DNA of 64,000 nt, taken from positions 29,842-93,841 of the forward strand of contig JAVYLK010000002.1 in NCBI GenBank assembly GCA_038740895.1, given 5' to 3'. A program made the translations under genes and the position numbers. Source of the stretch: Candidatus Caldarchaeum sp. (GTDB lineage: Archaea; Thermoproteota; Nitrososphaeria_A; Caldarchaeales; Caldarchaeaceae). Positions 9,887 through 19,248 of the stretch are shown here, one piece after another. Below the pieces are notes generated by a model that worked only from the letters and a program-made list of their open reading frames with translations, searched no databases and was not told where the DNA came from. Each line of letters opens with the position of its first letter. Positions within the stretch are counted from its first letter, which is position 1.

Positions 9887-10555
9887 ATGGAGATACGTGT
9901 GGAAACGGTCCTCGGCTCGGCTGAGGTCGGGCTCTTCGCCCTGCCGACCGACAGGTTTGTCTTGGTCTCGAAGCATGTAAACCCCTCGAAGCTCCGTGTC
10001 TTCGAGCAGGTGTTGAACACCGAGACCGTTCCCACCTCGCTTTCGGACAGCATCCTTCTGTCGCCGTTCGCTGCGGGAAACTCCCACGGCCTAATACTGA
10101 CTTGCTTGACCCTAGACAACGAGCTCGATACGATAAAGAGAAGATTGAAGGACCTCAACATACTCAAGCTAGACTCCAAGCACACGGCGGTAGGCAACCT
10201 GATCCTGTGCAACGACCGGGGAGCTTTGGTCAGCCCGGTGCTCGGACGGGCTGCGGCCAAGACCATAGGGGAGGTGCTTGGGGTTGAAGCTGCTGTTGGA
10301 ACCATCGCCGGAAGAACCTACCTAGGGTCGCTAGCGGTGGCCACGAACGTGGGCGCGCTCGTTCATCTGGACGCAACGGAGGAGGAGATGAATCTTGTCA
10401 AGAATGTTTTGAAGGTCGAAGCAGCGACCGGCACGGTCAACGGAGGCGTTCGCTTTCTCAGAAGCAGCATCGTGGCCAACTCATGGGGGGTTGTGGCTGG
10501 AGCCAGAACAACCGGCCCGGAGCTGATGACTATTACGAGAGTTTTTCAGCGATGA
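9887..10555 (+). CDS. eif6: Translation initiation factor 6 (aIF6)
   Basis: 222 aa. Repeated ...G.LV..N..G.LV.P... pentein-like repeats (SAEVGLFALPTDRFVLV, NLILCNDRGALVSP, GSLAVATNVGALVH). Confidence 0.9.
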   Translation: MEIRVETVLGSAEVGLFALPTDRFVLVSKHVNPSKLRVFEQVLNTETVPTSLSDSILLSPFAAGNSHGLILTCLTLDNELDTIKRRLKDLNILKLDSKHTAVGNLILCNDRGALVSPVLGRAAAKTIGEVLGVEAAVGTIAGRTYLGSLAVATNVGALVHLDATEEEMNLVKNVLKVEAATGTVNGGVRFLRSSIVANSWGVVAGARTTGPELMTITRVFQR

Positions 10556-10577
10556 CGTTATTAACGGCTGTTTATCG

Positions 10578-11015
10578 ATGCTGTACAGCATGTCTGAGGC
10601 TGAAATTACGCAAGCGCTGGAAGAGCTTCAGCTAATCGACAGACTCGTTGCCGAGCTTCAGGCCAGGGTTCTGGCTGTCCAGCGTTCACTCGTGGAGCAT
10701 GAGGAGGCGGTCAAGCTCCTCGAAGAGATGAAAAAATCTGGCGAGAAGATGCGTGTGATGGTTCCTCTCGGGGCGGGGGCCTTCGCCGAGGCGAGCTTCG
10801 AGTCCCTGGAAAAGGTGACTGTGAACCTCGGCGCAGGCGTTTATGCGGTTAAGGCCTTGGACGACACCCAGCAGCTGCTGACCAAGCGGAGCCAGAACCT
10901 CCAGGCCGTCCTCGAAAGCTTGACGAAGAGGATAGGAGACTATTCGGCTAGGGCTGAGGAGCTGAGACGCTTCCTAGGAAGCGCTTTAGCTTCCCAGCGC
11001 ACGCAAGGTACCTGA
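10578..11015 (+). CDS. pfdA: Prefoldin alpha subunit
   Basis: 145 aa. Coiled coils flank two beta hairpins (VMVPLGAGAFAEA / VTVNLGAGVYAVK). Conserved position before ftsY. Confidence 0.75.
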   Translation: MLYSMSEAEITQALEELQLIDRLVAELQARVLAVQRSLVEHEEAVKLLEEMKKSGEKMRVMVPLGAGAFAEASFESLEKVTVNLGAGVYAVKALDDTQQLLTKRSQNLQAVLESLTKRIGDYSARAEELRRFLGSALASQRTQGT

Positions 11016-11016
11016 G

Positions 11017-11925
11017 ATGTTCAAGACTATATCTAGAATCTTCGCAGGCGTCGTTGAGAAAATAGCTTCGGCCCCGCTGTCTCCCCAGGAGACGGAGAAA
11101 ATCCTCACGGACTTCTACTACCAGCTTGTTTCGGCAGACGTGGCTGTCGAGACGGCTGAAGCAATTGTTGAAAACCTCCGCAGAGACTTGCAGGCCGTCA
11201 GGGTGCAAAGGTTCTCAGACAACCGGGAAGCTGTTAGGGATCTTCTCAAGAGGACAGTCGCTAGCTTGATTAAGACGGCGGAAGCCGAAACGTTGACGCA
11301 AAGAGCTGAGGAGAAGAAGAAACAAGGTAAGCCTGTCGTGGTTCTCTTTGTAGGGCCCAACGGGTCCGGTAAGACAACTACCGTGGTTAAAATCGCCCAC
11401 TACCTCAGACGCCGTGGATACAGCGTTATCCTGGCTTCGGCCGATACTTTCAGAGCTGGTGCGATAGAGCAGCTCGAGACTCTTGGGAGCAAGGCGGGGT
11501 TTCTTGTCGTCAGCCAGCATTATGGAGCTGACCCAGCCTCTGTTGCCTTCGACGCTGTGAGCAAAGCTATATCCATGCGTGCAAACTTTGTCCTGATAGA
11601 CACGGCTGGGAGGACCGAGGTCGACAGGGGTTTGCTGGAGGAGATGCGTAAAATCAAGCGTGTGGTGAACCCCGACTACGTCGTCTACACTGGCGACGCC
11701 CTCGCCGGCAACGTAGCCGTCAACCAAGCCAAGATGTTCCACGAAGTTGTGGGGCTTGACTTCGTCGTGCTCGCCAAGTTCGACGCCGACGCAAAGGGTG
11801 GCTCAACAATATCGATATGCCATGCAACAAACATCCCAGTACTCTTCCTAGGCACGGGCCAGTCTTTAGAAGACTTGGACGATAACCCGCGGCGAAGAAT
11901 CATGGAAAGCCTTACGCCTACGTGA
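11017..11925 (+). CDS. ftsY: Signal recognition particle receptor FtsY
   Basis: GPNGSGKTTT, DTAGR, KFDADAKGG, LGTGQ SRP-GTPase motifs. Confidence 0.92.
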   Translation: MFKTISRIFAGVVEKIASAPLSPQETEKILTDFYYQLVSADVAVETAEAIVENLRRDLQAVRVQRFSDNREAVRDLLKRTVASLIKTAEAETLTQRAEEKKKQGKPVVVLFVGPNGSGKTTTVVKIAHYLRRRGYSVILASADTFRAGAIEQLETLGSKAGFLVVSQHYGADPASVAFDAVSKAISMRANFVLIDTAGRTEVDRGLLEEMRKIKRVVNPDYVVYTGDALAGNVAVNQAKMFHEVVGLDFVVLAKFDADAKGGSTISICHATNIPVLFLGTGQSLEDLDDNPRRRIMESLTPT

Positions 11926-11959
11926 AAACATAAATCTAAAGCCCACGTTCCGAAAATGG

Positions 11960-12580
11960 ATGGAGGCTATCAGACAGCTGTTGGAAGTGCGGGAGGTTAA
12001 GGGCCCGGCTCCCGCTTTCACGTCCGTCCAGCTGCTATACGCTGTAATCTTGATCGGGTCTTCGGCCGTGATGGGCAGGAAGAGGCTGAAAGACCTCCTC
12101 GGGATCGGTGAGGGGTCTGTGAGGACGATGGTGAGCCGTCTCGTAAGCAACGGGCTGGCTTCCTCGAGCCGTGAAGGTTTAAGGCTGACTGAGAAAGGGA
12201 TGGAGCTTTACAGCTACTTGAACAAGACGATTTCAGAGCTGAAAAGGGTGGTTTTCGAGATGCCTTGGGATGCCAAGCACAACTTCGGTCTTGTGGTCAG
12301 GGGGATGGCGGGTAGGGTTTCGACAGGAGTCGAGGAGCGCGATGAAGCGGTCAGGAACGGGGCATCGGCAGCCATGGTTCTGACCTACACGGAGTCGGGG
12401 CTGGAGATGCCAAGGGTATCGAACCTAAGCCTAGAAAGGCCGGAGTTCGCCGGCAGGATAATCAGCCTCTTCAACCCCTCAGTGGGCGACGTCGTCATCA
12501 TAGCGGGGGCTGATGATGAGATGAGGTCCCGGTACGCGGCTTTGGCTGCTGCCGTCAAGCTAGCCGTGGGAAAAGCTTAA
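11960..12580 (+). CDS. Archaeal winged-helix domain protein (DUF4443-like?)
   Basis: The N-terminus GRKRLKDLLGIGEGSVRTMVSRLVSNGL looks like a wHTH. 206 aa. The family name is from memory only. Confidence 0.45.
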   Translation: MEAIRQLLEVREVKGPAPAFTSVQLLYAVILIGSSAVMGRKRLKDLLGIGEGSVRTMVSRLVSNGLASSSREGLRLTEKGMELYSYLNKTISELKRVVFEMPWDAKHNFGLVVRGMAGRVSTGVEERDEAVRNGASAAMVLTYTESGLEMPRVSNLSLERPEFAGRIISLFNPSVGDVVIIAGADDEMRSRYAALAAAVKLAVGKA

Positions 12581-12604
12581 AAAACAACCCGGACAACGAG
12601 ATGC

Positions 12605-13879
12605 ATGACTAGAAGCTCGAGGATCTCGGGATTCTACCACCTAAGCCCTGAGGAACGTCTCAAGAAAGTAGCGGAGTTCGCAGCCCTGACGAGTGAGGAG
12701 GTGAACGTAATTAAGTCAGGCGGGTTGGACATCGCAACCGCCAGCAGGATGATCGAGAACGTCGTCGGCCTCTTCCCGCTACCGCTAGGAATCGCGGCCA
12801 ACTTCCTCGTAAACAAAGTGGATTACCTAGTCCCCATGGCGATCGAGGAACCATCGGTGGTTGCTGCAGCCTCGAACGCTGCGAAAATGGCCCGAGACGG
12901 CGGCGGCGTGTATTCCTTCCAAGGCCAGCAGCTGATGGTCGGGCAGGTCCAGCTTCTGAACGTGCCTAACCCTTATGCGGCGAGGGTTGAGATTCTCAGG
13001 AACAAGGACGAGATTATTGCCGCGGCCAACGAGAGAGACCCCGTGCTCGTAAACCTAGGAGGCGGGGCCAAAGATGTTGAAGCGAGAGTTGTCGACACAC
13101 AGCTAGGCCCGATGGTTGTAGTCCATCTAGTCGTCGACGTCAAGGACGCCATGGGAGCCAACGCCGTCAACACCATGTGCGAGGCCGTCGCCCCCATGCT
13201 TGCAAGAATGTCGGGCGGGGTCTTCAGGCTCAGGATAATATCCAACCTAGCCGACAAGAGGCTTGTCAGAGCTTACACACTCGTCCCAGCCCAGTCTGTG
13301 GGGGGAAGGGAGGTTGCCAGAGGCATAGTGGAGGCTTACCACTTCGCCAAGGCAGACCCCTACCGGGCTGCAACCCATAACAAGGGCATCATGAACGGCA
13401 TAGACGCTGTCGCCATAGCTACCGGAAACGACTGGAGAGCGGTCGAGGCCGGGGCCCATGCATACGCAGCCCGCACCGGCAGATACGAGCCCCTTACCGT
13501 TTGGGAGCAGATGCCCAACGGCGACCTTCACGGAAGCATAGAGCTTCCGCTGGCTGTGGGCATCGTCGGAGGAGCAACTAGGACCAACCCTGTGGCGAAG
13601 CTCTGCCTCAAGATTCTCGGCGTCAAGACCGCTAGGGAGCTTGCCGAGGTGATGGCCGCTGTTGGGCTTGTGCAGAACTTGGCCGCTTTGAGGGCTTTGG
13701 CGGCTGAGGGCATACAGGCGGGCCACATGTCTCTGCACGCCAAGAACATAGCCGTGATGGCTGGAGCTGTCGGGGAGGAGATAGATTTGGTGGCTGAGGA
13801 GATGGTAAAGCAGAAGACGATAAGGGTCGACAGGGCGCAGGAGATTCTGTTCGAGCTCAGGTCCCGCCGCCGGAGCTGA
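12605..13879 (+). CDS. hmgA: HMG-CoA reductase, class II-type sequence
   Basis: ENVVGLFPLPLGIAANFLVN, EEPSVVAAASNAAKMA, DAMGANAVNTMCE, NKGIMNGIDAVAIATGNDWRAVEAGAHAYA. These are the signature blocks I associate with class II (P. mevalonii-type) HMGR. Confidence 0.92.
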   Translation: MTRSSRISGFYHLSPEERLKKVAEFAALTSEEVNVIKSGGLDIATASRMIENVVGLFPLPLGIAANFLVNKVDYLVPMAIEEPSVVAAASNAAKMARDGGGVYSFQGQQLMVGQVQLLNVPNPYAARVEILRNKDEIIAAANERDPVLVNLGGGAKDVEARVVDTQLGPMVVVHLVVDVKDAMGANAVNTMCEAVAPMLARMSGGVFRLRIISNLADKRLVRAYTLVPAQSVGGREVARGIVEAYHFAKADPYRAATHNKGIMNGIDAVAIATGNDWRAVEAGAHAYAARTGRYEPLTVWEQMPNGDLHGSIELPLAVGIVGGATRTNPVAKLCLKILGVKTARELAEVMAAVGLVQNLAALRALAAEGIQAGHMSLHAKNIAVMAGAVGEEIDLVAEEMVKQKTIRVDRAQEILFELRSRRRS

Positions 13880-14201
13880 GCGCCTTCCTCCATTCATCAG
13901 GGTTAAAGCGTCTCTCCATCCTCCTCAACTCATCCTCCAACGATTTTTCCAAGTCAACTCCCAACCTGTTTGCAAGCTGAACTAACAACGTCAAGGACTG
14001 CGCAAACTCGCTGCCAACATCCTCACCCGGATGAGAGTGGCCGAGGTTCTCACGCTTGTATCCCTCCCTAGCTAGGATAAACCTTCCTATCTCGGTGATC
14101 TCCTCGATGAGATGGGCGTAAATCAGCGATTCACGGAATGTTGTCCAGCCTCTGGCTTTCTCAAAATCTTCAACGAGCTTCTGAAGCTCAGAGATCCTCA
14201 T
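13857..14201 (-). CDS. MazG-like nucleotide pyrophosphohydrolase
   Basis: 114 aa. ELQKLVEDFEKARGW...HLIEEITEIG...EFAQSLTLLVQLANRLGVDLE four-helix MazG pattern. Confidence 0.75.
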   Translation of the reverse strand: MRISELQKLVEDFEKARGWTTFRESLIYAHLIEEITEIGRFILAREGYKRENLGHSHPGEDVGSEFAQSLTLLVQLANRLGVDLEKSLEDELRRMERRFNPDEWRKALSSGGGT

Positions 14202-14207
14202 GCCGAC

Positions 14208-14501
14208 TCACAGAAAAAGCTGCAGGTGGGGCACGTTGTCCACGTAGACGACGGATTCTTTTTTGGCGTAGCCGTTCCTGAGAGCTGTTGCCACAGCCTT
14301 TTCACCTAGCAGGTTGATTATCGTGCCCAGCTTGATGTAGTTCGCCACCTCCTCCTCAAAAACCAAGACACCCTTGTAAAAAGACTCCGCCACTTCGACT
14401 GAAACCTGCGACGACAGCCTGAGCCTCGTGCCTACGAGCTTTTCGTCGCAGACAGCCACAACGACCTCACCCGTCCTCGAGTAATGAGTCTTAACCCACA
14501 A
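14208..14501 (-). CDS. DUF424-family protein
   Basis: WVKTHYSRTGEVVVAVCDEKLVG... matches the DUF424 pattern. I place the start at TTG 14501, which removes the overlap with aIF2-beta. The longest ORF would start at 14585. Confidence 0.55.
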   Translation of the reverse strand: MWVKTHYSRTGEVVVAVCDEKLVGTRLRLSSQVSVEVAESFYKGVLVFEEEVANYIKLGTIINLLGEKAVATALRNGYAKKESVVYVDNVPHLQLFL

Positions 14502-14511
14502 CCTCGTCGGG

Positions 14512-14943
14512 CTAGATTCTCCTGACAGGGTTCTTCGCCCCGCAAGCATCGCAGACCAAAAACCTGAACCTCTTCTCGCCGACAATCCTCGTGTCTATAC
14601 CGTTGCAGACTGGGCAGCGCACAAACTCCTTCATGTAGAGGTCGATGAGCCTCTTCAACTCCTCCACAACCATCTTACCCTGGATGAGAAGCTTGTCATC
14701 GGAGATAGACCCCGCCCTTCCCGTCTCCTTCAGGAGGAACCGGGCGAAATGCGCCGGATCCCTGTTGAGGGTCTTAGCTATCTGGCCCAGGTTGGTTAAG
14801 GTGGTGTTCTTGGCGTCGTAAACCAAGTTCGGCCTGAACTCGAGAACTCTGTCGCCCGCCACCACGCCTCTCTTCGAGACCTTCAGTATGACGTCGTCTA
14901 GGAGCTTGACGTAGAAATGCTCGTCGGCGAGGGTTAGGCTCAC
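14512..14943 (-). CDS. eif2b: Translation initiation factor 2 beta subunit (aIF2-beta)
   Basis: 143 aa. LGQIAKTLNRDPAHFARFLLKE core and C-terminal Zn ribbon CPVCNG...CDACGA. Confidence 0.88.
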   Translation of the reverse strand: MSLTLADEHFYVKLLDDVILKVSKRGVVAGDRVLEFRPNLVYDAKNTTLTNLGQIAKTLNRDPAHFARFLLKETGRAGSISDDKLLIQGKMVVEELKRLIDLYMKEFVRCPVCNGIDTRIVGEKRFRFLVCDACGAKNPVRRI

Positions 14944-15030
14944 TCCGAGGATGGAGTCATTACACCTCTATTTAAGAGGATTCTCGTCCAGGGTGATGCT
15001 TAAAACAAGCCAAATCAACCGTCATCCAGC

Positions 15031-16311
15031 TTGGTTGAGAGTTATTGGGTCAAGGACTTGGGGCTTGCTGAACAGGGTTCTAGGAAGGTGGGAATGGCTG
15101 AGACATCGATGCCGGTGCTCCGGCTGCTTGCGAAGAGGTATTCTGACGAGAGGCCTTTCGACGGGTTCACCGTTTCAGCCTGCCTGCACATAACGAAGGA
15201 GACGGCCGTCCTGGTCAAGGCCCTGAGGGAGGGCGGCGCAAAGGTAAGTTTGTGCGCTTCCAACCCGCTGAGCACGCAGGACGACGTAGCGGCATTCCTA
15301 GCTTCGGACGGGTTCCAGGTCTACGGGTTCAGAGGCATGAGCCAGCGTGATTACTACAACGCAATAAGGATGTGCCTGTCCCACGGCCCGGACCTGACAA
15401 TCGACGACGGAGCAGACTTGGTGGCTACTCTCCACCAAGCAGCTGCCGTAGACACGGAGCCGCTGAAGCACGCCGTCGACAGGGTTGTGGGAGGCACGGA
15501 GGAGACGACGACGGGCGTCAACAGGCTGAAGGCTATGGAGAGGGAGAAGGTCCTGCGATACCCAATCGTGGCGGTCAACGAAGCTCTTTCCAAAAGCTTG
15601 TTCGACAACCCTCTCGGAACAGGCCAGTCCGCCCTAGACGGCGTGATGAGGGCTACGAACGTCCTCCTAGCCGGTAAGAACGTCGTCGTCTGCGGCTACG
15701 GCCGTGTAGGCTCCGGCATAGCTGAGAGAGCCCGAGGGCTGGGAGCGAGGGTTATCGTCGTCGAGCCCGACCCCATCAAGGCTCTGCAGGCTTACATGGC
15801 GGGGTTCACGGTGGCTTCGATGATTAAAGCCGCCGAGCTGGGCGACTTGTTTATCACGGCGACGGGGAACATCGACGTTATTCGAGGCGAGCACTTCAGG
15901 AGGATGAGGGACGGCGTGATCCTAGCTAACGCCGGGCACATGGATGTAGAGATAAGCAAGGAGGAGTTGAGGCATCTGGCTTCCTCGGTCGAAAGGGTTA
16001 GGGAGAACGTCGACGTGTACCGGCTTAGGGATGGGCGAAGAATACTGCTGCTTGCCGAGGGAAGGCTGGTCAACCTTGTTTGCGCCGAGGGCCATCCATC
16101 GGAGGTTATGGACCTGTCTTTCGCCCTGCAGGCTGAGTGCCTCAGGTACTTGGTCGAGAACCACGACAGGCTTGAGAAGAAAGTCTACAACGTGCCGCAG
16201 GAGATCGACAGGAATGTCGCTAGGCTGAAGCTCGAGACGCTCGGCGTCGAGCTGGAGAAGCTTACGGAGAAGCAGAACATCTACATCTATTCTTGGCAGG
16301 CCGGGACTTGA
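15031..16311 (+). CDS. ahcY: S-adenosyl-L-homocysteine hydrolase
   Basis: VKDLGLAEQGRKV-like N-terminus, GYGRVGSGIA NAD-binding loop, CAEGHPSEVMD, 426 aa. Confidence 0.95.
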   Translation: MVESYWVKDLGLAEQGSRKVGMAETSMPVLRLLAKRYSDERPFDGFTVSACLHITKETAVLVKALREGGAKVSLCASNPLSTQDDVAAFLASDGFQVYGFRGMSQRDYYNAIRMCLSHGPDLTIDDGADLVATLHQAAAVDTEPLKHAVDRVVGGTEETTTGVNRLKAMEREKVLRYPIVAVNEALSKSLFDNPLGTGQSALDGVMRATNVLLAGKNVVVCGYGRVGSGIAERARGLGARVIVVEPDPIKALQAYMAGFTVASMIKAAELGDLFITATGNIDVIRGEHFRRMRDGVILANAGHMDVEISKEELRHLASSVERVRENVDVYRLRDGRRILLLAEGRLVNLVCAEGHPSEVMDLSFALQAECLRYLVENHDRLEKKVYNVPQEIDRNVARLKLETLGVELEKLTEKQNIYIYSWQAGT

Positions 16312-16763
16312 AGCCTAGCAAGGGTCCTTGGATAGCATACCTAGCCGTGGAAGGTGTGTTAGGGTCTTTCAAAAACACTCACGTCGAGCGTGTTGAGCTT
16401 GTTGGCGACAGACGTGCGAGACACGTATTCAAGAACCCTACGAGGAATAAGCTCGAGAACCTGATGAGAATTCTCGACGACTACGACATCTTGATAACTT
16501 GGGGAGGAGCCCGTAAAGACCTGCCTCTTCTGACTGCATGCTGCATCCGCCTAGGCGTAGACCCCTCACCCCTACACGCCCTAGCACATCTTGACTTGCA
16601 GGAGTTTGTGAAGGATAAGCTTGGGATTGTCGACGCAGGTCTAGAGGAGACGGCTGAGTTTTTGAAAGCCGGCAGGGGAGGAGGCAAGGTTTACACGCTG
16701 ATGAGGGTTTTCAAAAAGCTCAGAGGCTTCGTGAGAAGCTTGAGGCCTGAGCTGGCTCTCTAG
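16293..16763 (+). CDS. Hypothetical protein, possibly RNase H-like/exonuclease fold
   Basis: 156 aa. ILITWGGARKDLPLLTACCIRLGV...HLDLQEFVK resembles predicted PolB-exo/RNase H-like proteins, but the first acidic motif reads LAVEG rather than D-x-E. Start is uncertain and overlaps the ahcY end. Confidence 0.4.
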   Translation: MAGRDLKPSKGPWIAYLAVEGVLGSFKNTHVERVELVGDRRARHVFKNPTRNKLENLMRILDDYDILITWGGARKDLPLLTACCIRLGVDPSPLHALAHLDLQEFVKDKLGIVDAGLEETAEFLKAGRGGGKVYTLMRVFKKLRGFVRSLRPELAL

Positions 16764-17281
16764 TACCATCGGTCTTTAAGCCCGAGTAGGTAGGCCGCTG
16801 CGTTGCTCCCGACGTGCATCAAGACAGTAAACAGCGCTAGGGCGAGAAGCGTTAGGGCGTCGAGCCAGACGGGAAGCCCGTGAAACAGCTCCACCAACCC
16901 CAGAGCAACTACCAGAAAACCAAGCTGGTCGAGCAGAGGAGCAGCGCCTCCGCTGGGTATCCCGGCCCTCCTCTTGACGAACGCCCCAAGCACGTCCCCA
17001 GCTAAAGCTCCGAAAGAGAGCAGGAAGACCTCCACCATGGTGACGAGGGGTGGGACAAGGACGTGTATAAGATAACCCACAGCCACCCCCGCACCGGTCC
17101 CCGAGACAAACCCCTCCACAGTCTTGCCGTCGCCCAGCACTCTCCTGCCGTCAAAGAACATCAAACCACGGTCGATTGGATGAGTCCTGCTGAAAAACCT
17201 GACCGCAACCACAGGGGCTGCGTTAGCCACGTACGCGGGGAAGACGTAGACAAGCCCCTGCAGGAAGGCCTGAAGCTCCAT
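16760..17281 (-). CDS. carS: CDP-archaeol synthase
   Basis: FPAYVANAAPV...HPIDRG...DGRRVLGDGKTVEGF pattern of the DUF46/CarS family. 173 aa, multi-TM. Confidence 0.8.
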   Translation of the reverse strand: MELQAFLQGLVYVFPAYVANAAPVVAVRFFSRTHPIDRGLMFFDGRRVLGDGKTVEGFVSGTGAGVAVGYLIHVLVPPLVTMVEVFLLSFGALAGDVLGAFVKRRAGIPSGGAAPLLDQLGFLVVALGLVELFHGLPVWLDALTLLALALFTVLMHVGSNAAAYLLGLKDRWY

Positions 17282-17324
17282 TCAAACAAGCACGACAACA
17301 GCCGAATATAGATGTATAAAAATC

Positions 17325-18785
17325 ATGCTATATATGAGAGTTGAGCATTCTCAGTCTGTAATGGTTGAGCTAAAGATCTACAGCTACGGGCCAAGGACGG
17401 TGATAAACTTCTCCGGCTCGGAGCTCGAGGTTGGGCCCGACGTCTTTATAGCGCTCGAGGGTGCTGGAACCTTCGAGGGCGTCTCTGTCGAAAGACGTGT
17501 TTCGAAGCTTCTAGCCGAGGGGAGAGACCTAGCGAGAACGGCGAGAAAGGTCCACAGAGAGTCGACGAGAAGGGGACACGCCTCTATAACAACGTCCCTG
17601 CATATCCAGATGGAGGTGATGAACTGCAGCAGGGCCTTGTCTCTCCTGCTCGTCTCACCGCCATTCGGCTCTTACCTTCAAGAATCTCAGCGCAGGGCTA
17701 GGGTTGACAGGTCTATGCTTGTTGAGCCGTCAGGCTTGACGGGTGAAGCCAAGGATGTTTTCATGCAGACAGCTTACAAGATGGTCGATGAATACCTCTC
17801 GCTTGTCGGCGGGGATGTGGGGATCGAGGACGCTAGGTACATACTGCCGCTCTGCACCAAGACCTCTCTCTTCATAAGCAGCAGCTTGGAAAACTACGTC
17901 GCCTTGATCCAGCTGTGCGGAGACGAGTCGGCGGCGGCATACGTTCCCGACGAGGTTAGAGAGTTTGTCGAGAAATTCACTTCCGCAGTCAGAAATGTTG
18001 CGCCCATAATGCTCGAGTCGAGGCTCGGGTTCAGGAACAGGACTGCAGCCTACCCGTTCCCCAACCCCTACAAGCCGTCAGACATCTTCATGGGGAAAGT
18101 CATAGAAGCCAACAACCATCCCGAAGAACCCGTCCTGATAAGCTTTGCATCCCTACTGGGCAAAGAGGCCGACCTGCTGAAAATCCTAGCCAAGCAGGAC
18201 AAGGAATCGCTCGATTCCGTCAACCCGATGACCACGGCTACGACGCTGGAGCCCTTGTCGCTGGTGGCGTACCATCAAGCCATCCGCCACCGCACAGTAC
18301 CCACCGCCGTCGAATCGATATACACCGCCGCTTGGAGAGCCGTCGTGAACACAACCTCCGGCGTCGTCATACCCCCCTCCATCCGGAGGAACGAGAAAAA
18401 CAGGTCAAGGTTCCTAGAAGTCGTGGGCGAGGCCCTCCAGTCATACCGACGGCTTCTGGAGAACGGCGTAAGCCCTTCAACAGCCGTCCTCATCGTCCCT
18501 CAAGCCTTGAAGGTCTACGCAGTGAGGCTGTACAACGGGTTCAACATACTACATCCCAGCGGGTTCATAGCAACTAGGTCATGCAGCTATGCTCAGTGGG
18601 AGGAAAGGGCCATAGCCTACAAGCTCATGCAGGAGATAGCGAGAAAGTCGCCGAGCCTTTCGGCTGTGATGGGCGAGAAGTGCAGACACCTAGGCTACTG
18701 CCCCGAGAGGGAGTGGTGCCCGATAATACTAAAGTACCACCAGTACAGCGATGAACTGCATAAGAGGTTTGGGGAAAGTGGGTGA
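17325..18785 (+). CDS. thyX: ThyX-family flavoprotein with two tandem Thy1-like domains
   Basis: Second half carries the ThyX signature RHR-x7-S (RHRTVPTAVES). First half has a degenerate copy (RRGHASITTS) plus ARYILPLCTKTSL. C-terminal CRHLGYCPEREWC. A TATA box at ~17311 suggests the true start may be ATG 17361. Confidence 0.7.
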   Translation: MLYMRVEHSQSVMVELKIYSYGPRTVINFSGSELEVGPDVFIALEGAGTFEGVSVERRVSKLLAEGRDLARTARKVHRESTRRGHASITTSLHIQMEVMNCSRALSLLLVSPPFGSYLQESQRRARVDRSMLVEPSGLTGEAKDVFMQTAYKMVDEYLSLVGGDVGIEDARYILPLCTKTSLFISSSLENYVALIQLCGDESAAAYVPDEVREFVEKFTSAVRNVAPIMLESRLGFRNRTAAYPFPNPYKPSDIFMGKVIEANNHPEEPVLISFASLLGKEADLLKILAKQDKESLDSVNPMTTATTLEPLSLVAYHQAIRHRTVPTAVESIYTAAWRAVVNTTSGVVIPPSIRRNEKNRSRFLEVVGEALQSYRRLLENGVSPSTAVLIVPQALKVYAVRLYNGFNILHPSGFIATRSCSYAQWEERAIAYKLMQEIARKSPSLSAVMGEKCRHLGYCPEREWCPIILKYHQYSDELHKRFGESG

Positions 18786-19248
18786 GAAGAGGGTTAAGGC
18801 TATCGAGGTAGGCGGGCCTGCTCTCAACTTTGACTACGCACACTTCCTGCCTTCATCGCCGAAGTGCGGCGTCCTCCACGGCCACACCTCGATGGTAAAC
18901 GTGAGGGTTTGGGGCGAGGTCGTCGACGAGATGGTTGTTGAGTTTGGCCTGCTGAAAAGCACGGTCAAGAAAGTGATTGACGAGATGGACCATAAGCTGC
19001 TCGTCTCGCCAAAGTATGTTGTAGAGGAGTGGGATGGAGGGGTTAGGGTGGTCTTCGAGGGAGTCGGAGGAGTTTACGACATGAGGCTTCCAAGGTCTTC
19101 TGTCTACTTCATAGAGAGAGACTCGACGGTGGAGAATATTTCGGAGCACATCGCACGCATGGTTAAGAAGCTGATGCCTCCGAACGTGCTGAAGGTCTCG
19201 GTTAGGATGACTGAAGGATTGGGCAAGTCAGCCACGTCGTCAGCATGA
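18751..19248 (+). CDS. queD: 6-carboxy-5,6,7,8-tetrahydropterin synthase (QueD/PTPS family)
   Basis: C-x3-HGH motif (CGVLHGHTS) and later EMDHKLLV. 165 aa. Overlaps the thyX-like end; a GTG alternative lies at 18778. Confidence 0.8.
   Translation: MNCIRGLGKVGEKRVKAIEVGGPALNFDYAHFLPSSPKCGVLHGHTSMVNVRVWGEVVDEMVVEFGLLKSTVKKVIDEMDHKLLVSPKYVVEEWDGGVRVVFEGVGGVYDMRLPRSSVYFIERDSTVENISEHIARMVKKLMPPNVLKVSVRMTEGLGKSATSSA

Noticed and set aside
14502-14585. N-terminal 28-codon extension of the DUF424 ORF overlapping aIF2-beta
   Set aside because: The extension (MSARRGSGFWSAMLAGRR...) is antisense-like in composition. A TTG at 14501 gives the family-typical N-terminus WVKTH and removes the overlap.
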